A DNA stretch of 64,000 nucleotides from Eledone cirrhosa (Eukaryota), in the NCBI GenBank assembly GCA_964016885.1, contig OZ024742.1, positions 363,320,001-363,384,000 of the forward strand, in the 5' to 3' direction. Both the position numbers and the translations under genes were made by a program. Every line of letters starts with the position of its first letter. Position 1 is the stretch's first letter. Positions 55,901 through 64,000 of the stretch are shown here, one piece after another. The notes beneath the pieces are model-generated. The model ran no database searches. It saw nothing but the letters and a program-made list of their open reading frames with translations, and was not told the DNA's origin.

Positions 55901-58900
55901 ATTATAATAGTTAGGTTAAATCTGTTGATATATAGTATTATAATAGTTAGGTTAACGCTGTTGATATATAGTATTATAATAGTTAGGTTAAAGCTGTTGA
56001 TATATAGTATTATAATAGTTAGGTTAAAGCTGTTGATATATAGCATTATAATAGTTAGGTTAAAGCTGTTGATATATAGTATTATAATAGTTAGGTTAAA
56101 GCTGTTGATATATAGCATTATAATACTTAGGTTCAAGCTTTTGATATATAGTATTATAATAGTTAGGTTAAAGCTGTTGATATATAGTATTATAATAGTT
56201 AGGTTAAAGCTGTTGATATATAGCATTATAATAGTTAGGTTAAAGCTGTTGATATATAGCATTATAATAGTTAGGTTAAAGCTGTTGATATACAGCATTA
56301 TAACAGTTAGGTTAAAGCTGTTGATATATAGCATTATAATAGTTAGGTTAAAGCTCTTGATATATAGTATTATAATAGTTAGGTTAAAGCTGTTGATATA
56401 TAGTATTATAATAGTTAGGTTAAAGCTGTTGATATATAGCATTATAATAGTTAGGTTAAAGCTGTTGATATATAGTATTATAATAGTTAGGTTAAAGCTG
56501 TTGATATATAGTATTATAATAGTTAGGTTAAAGCTGTTGATATATAGTATTATAATAGTTAGGTTAAAGCTGTTGATATATAGTATTATAATAGTTAGGT
56601 TAAAGCTGTTGATATATAGTAGTATAATAGTTTGGTTAAAGCTGTTGATATATAGTATTATAATAGTTAGGTTAAATCTGTTGATATATAGCATTATAAT
56701 AGTTAGGTTAAAGCTGTTGATATATAGTATTATAATAGTTAGGTTAAAGCTGTTGATATATAGTATTATATTAGTTAGGTTAAAGCTGTTGATATATAGT
56801 ATTATAATAGTTAGGTTAAAGCTGTTAATATATAGTATTATAATAGTTAGATTAAAGCTGTTGATATATAGTAATATAATAGTTAGTTTAAAGCTGTTGA
56901 TATATAGCATTATAATAGTTACGTTAAAGCTTTTGATATATAGCATTATAATAGTTAGGTTAAAGCTGTTGATATATAGTATTATAATAGTTAGGTTAAA
57001 GCTGTTGATATATAGTATTATAATAGTTAGGTTAAAGCTGTTGATATATAGTATTATAATAGTTAGGTTAAAGCTGTTGATATATAGTATTATAATAGTT
57101 GGGTTAAAGCTGTTGATATATAGCATTACAATAGTTAGGTTAAAGCTGTTGATATATAGTATTATAATAGTTAGGTTAAAGCTGTTGATATATAGTATTA
57201 TAATAGTTAGGTTAAAGCTGTTGATATATAGCATTATAATAGTTAGGTTAAAGCTGTTGATATATAGCATTATAATAGTTAGCTTAAAGCTGTTGATATA
57301 TAGTATTATAATAGTTAGGTTAAAGCTGTTGATATATAGTATTATAATAGTTAGGTTAAAGCTGTTGATATATAGTATTATAATAGTTAGGTTAAAGCTG
57401 TTGATATATAGTATTATAATAGTTTGGTTAAAGGTGTTGATATATAGTATTATAATAGTTAGGTTAAAGCTGTTGATATATAGTATTATAATAGTTAGGT
57501 TAAGCTGTTGATATATAGTATTATAATAGTTAGGTTAAAGCTTTTGATATATAGTATTATAATAGTTAGGTTAAAGCTGTTGATATATAGTATTATAATA
57601 GTTAGGTTAAAGCTGTTGATATATAGTATTATAATAGTTAGGTTAAAGCTGTTGATATATAGTATTATAATAGTTAGGTTAAAGCTGTTGATATATAGCA
57701 TTATAATAGTTAGGTTAAAGCTGTTGATATGTAGTATTATAATAGTTATGTTAAAGCTGTTGATATATAGTATTATAATAGTTAGGTTAAAGCTGTTGAT
57801 ATATAGTATTATAATAGTTTGGTTAAAGCTGTTGATATATAGTATTATAATAGTTAGGTTAAAGCTGTTGATATATAGCATTATAATAGTTAGGTTAAAG
57901 CTGTTGATATATAGTATTATAATAGTTAGGTTAAAGCTGTTGATATATAGTATTATAGTAGTTAGGTTAAAGCTGTTGATATATAGTATTATAATAGTTA
58001 GGTTAAAGCTGTTGATATATAGCATTATAATAGTTAAGTTAAAGCTGTTGATATATAGTATTATAATAGTTAGGTTAAAGCTGTTGATATATAGCATTAT
58101 AATAGTTAGGTTCAAGCTTTTGATATATAGTATTATAATAGTTAGGTTAAAGCTATTGATATATAGTATTATAATAGTTAGGTTAAAGCTGTTGATATAT
58201 AGTATTATAATAGTTTGGTTAAAGCTGTTGATATATAGCATTATAATAGTTAGGTTAAAGCTGTTGATATATAGTATTATAATAGTTAGGTTAAAGCTGT
58301 TGATATATAGTATTATAATAGTTTGGTTAAAGCTGTTGATATATAGTATTATAATAGTTATGTTAAAGCTGTTGATATATAGTATTATAATAGTCAGGTT
58401 AAAGCTGTTGATATATAGTATTATAATAGTTAAGTTTAAGCTGTTGATATATAGTATTATAATAGTTAGGTTAAAGCTGTTGATATATAGCATCATAATA
58501 GTTAGGTTAAAGCTGTTGATATATAGTATTATAATAGTTAGGTTAAAGCTGTTGAAATATAGTATCATAATAGTTAGGTTAAAGCTGTTGATATACAGCA
58601 TTATAATAGTTAGGTTAAAGCTGTTGATATATAGCATTATAATAGTTAGGTTAAAGCTCTTGATGTATAGTATTATAATAGTTAGGTTAAAGCTGTTGAT
58701 ATATAGTATTATAATAGTTAGGTTAAATCTGTTGATATATAGCATTATAATAGTTAGGTTAAAGCTGTTGATATATAGTATTATAATAGTTAGGTTAAAG
58801 CTGTTGATATATAGTATTATAATAGTTAGGTTAAAGCTGTTGATATATAGTATTATAATAGTTAGGTTAAAGCTGTTGATATATAGTATTATAATAGTTA

Positions 58901-59509
58901 AGTTAAAGCTGTTGATATATAGTATTATAATAGTTAGGTTAAAGCTGTTGATATATAGTATTATAATAGTTAGGTTAAAGCTGTTGATATATAGTATTAT
59001 AATAGTTAGGTTAAAGCTGTTGATATATAGTATTATAATAGTTAGGTTAAAGCTGTTGATATATAGTATTATAATAGTTTGGTTAAAGCTGTTGATATAT
59101 AGTAGTATAATAGTTTGGTTAAAGCTGTTGATATATATAGTATTATAATAGTTAGGTTAAAGCTGTTGATATATAGTATTATAATAGTTAGGTTAAAGCT
59201 GTTGATATATAGTATTATAATAGTTAGGTTATAGCTGTTGATATATAGTATTATAATAGTTAGGTTAAAGCTGTTGATATATAGTATTATAATAGTTAGG
59301 TTAAAGCTGTTGATATATAGTATTATAATAGTTAGGTTCAAGCTGTTGATATACAGTATTATAATAGTTAGGTTAAAGCTGTTGATATATAGTATGATGA
59401 TAGTTAGGTTAAAGCTGTTGATATATAGTACTATAATTGTTAGGTTAAAGCTGTTGATAGATAGTATTATAATAGTTTGGTTAAAGATGTTGATATATAG
59501 CATTATAAT
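52961..59509. repeat. 36-bp satellite, about 180 copies (agttaggttaaagctgttgatatatagtattataat)
   Basis: Direct reading. The 12-aa periodic ORFs ([12 protein letters not shown] / [12 protein letters not shown]) are artefacts. Confidence 0.97.
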
Positions 59510-59707
59510 TGCTCCAGTTGTGGTGTATATCATTATACTATTATAATTGCTCCAGTTGTGGTGTATATCTATGAGCTTGAAAGAGAAATGATACATACAC
59601 ATATAGATGTGTGTGTATGAGTGTGTATGTATACATAGGCATATATATATGTATATATGTGTGTGGTGTGTGTGGGGGTTGTATGAGGGTGTGTGTGCAT
59701 CGATATG

Positions 59708-59744
<37 letters not shown>

Positions 59745-59784
59745 AGACATACATATATGTAAGTGTATACATACATATATGTAA

Positions 59785-59837
<53 letters not shown>

Positions 59838-59872
59838 GTGTGTATATGTATATATACATGAGAAGAGAGAGA

Positions 59873-59929
<57 letters not shown>

Positions 59930-59972
59930 ATATATATGTATATATACATGAGAAGAGAGAGAGTGAGATATA

Positions 59973-60085
<113 letters not shown>

Positions 60086-60147
60086 ATATATACATGAGAA
60101 GAGAGAGAGTGAGATATATATTTATATATATATATATATATATATAT

Positions 60148-62117
60148 TTATTAAAATAACAGATTAAAGCTTAAGCAAATAATCGCTGCTTTCACCCTTA
60201 ACGGGATCTTCTGAAACTAACAAAGTCAATATGTAAACGCAGAACTGGATATTTCAAAAAACGTTGCAACCGGAGGAAGACAGGAAGACGATACTTTGGT
60301 TCGTGGTAACATATACTGAGTACGAAAATAGACCTAGAAGAAATATATCCCGTCGGATTTGTTGGTTTAACCCACCATATAATATGGAGGTGGCCACACC
60401 ATTAGCTAAGATCTTTCTTTCCCTTATTACGAAGCATTTCCCCCTACACATAAACATAGTAAATTTTTTAATAGAAATACTATTAAAATTTCTTACTCTA
60501 CGACTCCTATCCTTGCACATAACATCACAGCTTCAAATTTAGCTAAACTACCTAGCCGTAGGAACACGTGCAACCCTGTAGTTAGTACTAACTGTAATTG
60601 TAGGAATCGGGCAGATTGCCCCCTATCCGGGAAATGCCTCTCTAGTAACATTGTCTACAAATGTAAGGTTGTAACACCCACGTCCCGTAGGGCCTACATA
60701 GGGTTAACCGCCAATAGTTTCAAGCAGCGTCTTTACATGCATACCCATTCTTTTCGTTACCCTCTAAGAAGGAATATGACGTCACTTTCAGCTTATATCT
60801 GGAGTCTAAAAGACACCCACACCCAATATAAGTTACACTGGGAGATCCTAGCTAGGGCTAGATCGTATAACGGAAATAAAAGACCATGTGACCTCTGCGC
60901 CGCTGAGGCCCTGGAAATACTCTACGCCACAGACCACATCTTAAACAAAAAATCTGAGGCAATTTCGGCTTGTAAACATAAATTGCACAAAGCTTTCCTG
61001 TATTACAGCCCCACGTTATACCCTAACGGATAGCATGATCTATACGTGGATATTTTACGTCTTGATGTGGGATCTAAGTATATGTTTGTTTATTCCTTTA
61101 CTTATTTGCATAGGTAAGTATATATTACCCGTATGTTTTGTGAAGGTATGTATACCTTCTCGTACGTATATTTGACTGTTATGACGTATAATTTTTACAT
61201 ATTCTGGTATTTAGGGTTTGGCTATGTGTATACGGGAGTTTTGCATCTGCGTGAGTATGCAGGTTCGTACGTATGGTGGGTGTGTGTATATGTGTACTTC
61301 TTGTTTTAGTTGACTTACGTCTCCGAACATTCGTGTATTTATATGTAGGTATGCGTATGCGCTTGTTATATACGTATTTATTTACTTATATACGTTTATA
61401 TAATTATTTATTTATTTGTACACAAGCATACACACACACACATATTTATATGTGCGTGGTTTTGTATACCTATGGTAAGGTTTTGCGTATGCTTGTGTAT
61501 GTACGTATCTGTTTGCGTGTATGTATTTATTTGTTTCTATTACTTCTGTATTGTATTTATGTACTTTGTTCTTAACTCTGTAGCGGAGATTCATTTGGTC
61601 TCCTAGTTAGAATTTTAGTCTACGACTTCTGCTTACCATTTACGTGATTTTGTCTTTGTGTGCTATTGTTCTCTACGCTCCACATATGACTTATTATCTT
61701 CGTTTTTTCGTTCATTGCCAGAGAACGTCTCTATGCACCACCTAAGAGAACATTAGTCTACGACCTCTTTTATACCATAAACGTGGTTCTGTCTTTGCGC
61801 GTAATTGTTTTTCACCGCTCCTATTAATGACGTATTATTCGTTTTTTCCCCTTCTTTGCCAGCGAACGTTACCACGAACCAAAGTATCGTCTTCCTGTCT
61901 TCCTCCGGTTGCAACGTTTTTTTGAAATATCCAGTTCTGCGTTTACAGATTGATTTTGTTAGTTTCAGAAGATCCCGTTAAGGGTGAAAGCAGCGATTCT
62001 TTGCTTAAACTTTAATCTGTTATTTTAATAAATATTTGCTCTACGGTTCTTATATATTTGATATATATTTTCCTTATCGAGCCCTCTTTGGATTTTAGTC
62101 TTCAATTTTATTATTAT

Positions 62118-62120
<3 letters not shown>
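60148..62120 (+). mobile_element. PLE family A, 5'-truncated copy with an inverted pLTR segment (60148-60305)
   Basis: WFNPPYNMEV..CNCRNRADCPLSGKCL..IVYKC..AYIGL..CDLC..CKH, then the full 3' region to (TA)n. Confidence 0.9.
61961..62011 (+). ncRNA. Family A hammerhead, U4A variant (best copy)
   Basis: agttt-CAGAAGA-t ccc gttaa ggg t-GAAA-gcag cgattct ttgc-T-T-aaact. Confidence 0.6.
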
Positions 62121-62182
<62 letters not shown>

Positions 62183-62689
62183 GATATACATACATTCGTA
62201 CACATACACACTCATGCGTTCACACATATATTTATATATACGTATATACGTAATGAGTTGGCCAGTTTCCCAACGCTGCTGGTGAAAGTTACTTCACTTA
62301 ATGAAGCAAATGTTGATGCCTGAAGCAACACTTAACAACCAGAAGCATCATCTCACAAACTTTAGATGACTAGATTTCCTAGTTTAGCATTAATATTAAG
62401 ATTTAGCAATAAGGCAGGCAATATTCCCCCGCCCACACTACATCGATATATCGAGAAATATAAATACTTAATGTAGGAATAGCTTCAGATTAGTAAACGA
62501 GAGATGGTAGCATGCAAAGCCTGCGATCCATGCTCGATTACCCGTTAAAGCATTCCGTTCGTTATTAAATCATTGTTAATGATATAAGTACTATATTCTC
62601 GATTTCAAACTCGTTAAAACTTCACGATATTTCCGTTTAAAATCTTTATGGATTAATAATACACAGACACAGCATTAAGAGTAAAGAAC

Positions 62690-62960
62690 TTAGCTAAGTA
62701 GTTAGGATGTTAAGCTTACCATTGTTAGGCCGTGAAATCGATTTCCGACGGTATTTCTTGAACAAAATATTTTATTTCACGTTTCTCAAGTCAAAATTGC
62801 TAGCAAATTGGTTTTTACCTTCAAACTCAAATGATCAGCCTTGTTAAAACTTATATCACATTGAATCTTCACATTGTCTCTCACTGAGAATTACGTTACG
62901 TGTACACGTGTCTGTGGAAAGCTCAGCCATTTCTACGTTGATTACAGGAGGAGGCTGTAC
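62690..62960 (+). mobile_element. Degenerate SINE family 2
   Basis: tagctaagtagttagg..tcgatttcc..ttcttgaacaaaatattttatttcacgtt..gatcagccttgt. Confidence 0.5.
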
Positions 62961-63094
62961 CATTAAACCAATATACTGACATACTCGACGTAGTAACCGG
63001 CTTAAGTCCTACTGGCACATGTTATGTTTGTATACACATCTATAAATTTCGTCAAACCGGAGGTTTCCAATTGCTAATACTATCTATCGCAAAT

Positions 63095-63228
63095 CCAGGT
63101 AGAAGGAGCAACGTGAAATAAAGTGTCTTGCTCAAGGACATAACGCATCACCCAGTCCAGGAATCGAACTTATAAGCCCACGATTGCGAATCTAATTCTC
63201 TAACCACTTAGCCACGCCTTCCCCAACA
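63095..63228 (-). mobile_element. tRNA-derived SINE family 2 (CORE-like)
   Basis: Reverse complement: ggcgtggctaagtggttagag (A box), agttcgattcc (B box), tgtccttgagcaagacactttatttcac (CORE-like). Confidence 0.75.
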
Positions 63229-63596
63229 TATATATACTAATCACATACACGCACACAAATTCACACACACACATATATATAAACTCCTCTAAATTTATGT
63301 CTGTATGTAAACAGTGTGACAAGACTTCCCCGCCAAACCAATAGAATCCAAACTACAGAAACGTTTGCCACACAATATTGAGTTTTTGTCCAAACGCTGC
63401 TTCCAAGTAAGACAAACACCTACATTCGATATCTAAACAGTTGAGAATTACTATCGATTTATTCGAGAAGAGAGCTACAATCATTTGTATTTTATAAGGA
63501 TAGGAATCCACGACTAATGCGGTAATAAATATCTCTTCTCTGTTGGCATTAAAGTACTTTATCACTCTCTTTCCTCTTTCATTTCCATACTCTGAA

Positions 63597-63702
<106 letters not shown>

Positions 63703-63845
63703 ACACACCCATGCTCTCAATCATTCATACTATATCGATTTTGCTTATCTTTACTTGTTTTATGTCTCTATTTGTATTTCTCATTCACAAATTTACTGGT
63801 TGTACACAGCGTCATTTTTTAACTGTTATTATTACAATTTTACTG

Positions 63846-63931
<86 letters not shown>

Positions 63932-64000
63932 AAGGTAATGTCACACAGATGTACGGTCAGAATAGAGAGCGTGTATCCTATATATAGAAGGCCAAGCGAT

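Noticed and set aside
52886-59776. Long ORFs of 332-672 aa on both strands
   Set aside because: They are translations of a 36-bp satellite with no unique sequence, broken by single-base indels.

Overview
AT-rich eukaryotic animal DNA. It looks cephalopod/octopus-like from its repeat content, but that is inference and unverified. I find no supportable host protein-coding gene, and most listed ORFs are translations of microsatellites or satellite. The window is a patchwork of (TA)n/(CA)n microsatellites and mobile elements: several families of Penelope-like retroelements (PLE; RT plus GIY-YIG fragments), tRNA-derived SINEs, a CRE-like RLE LINE fragment, a deleted mariner, a Chapaev3-type DNA transposon, Helitron-like non-autonomous elements, a 36-bp satellite of about 6.5 kb and a 108-110-bp tandem array. 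The main signal is non-coding. About 25 type I hammerhead ribozyme (HHR) motifs from at least 10 unrelated sequence families were found by manual folding. They sit in short elements inserted in (TA)n tracts, mostly as head-to-head fold-back palindromes or terminally redundant tandems (retrozyme-like). The motifs include core variants (U3-A8 compensatory, U4A, U4C), palindromic stem III loops and very long stem II insertions. One fold-back family carries a tRNA-like cloverleaf at its fold point instead of an HHR. All folds and coordinates were derived by eye and may be off by a few bases.
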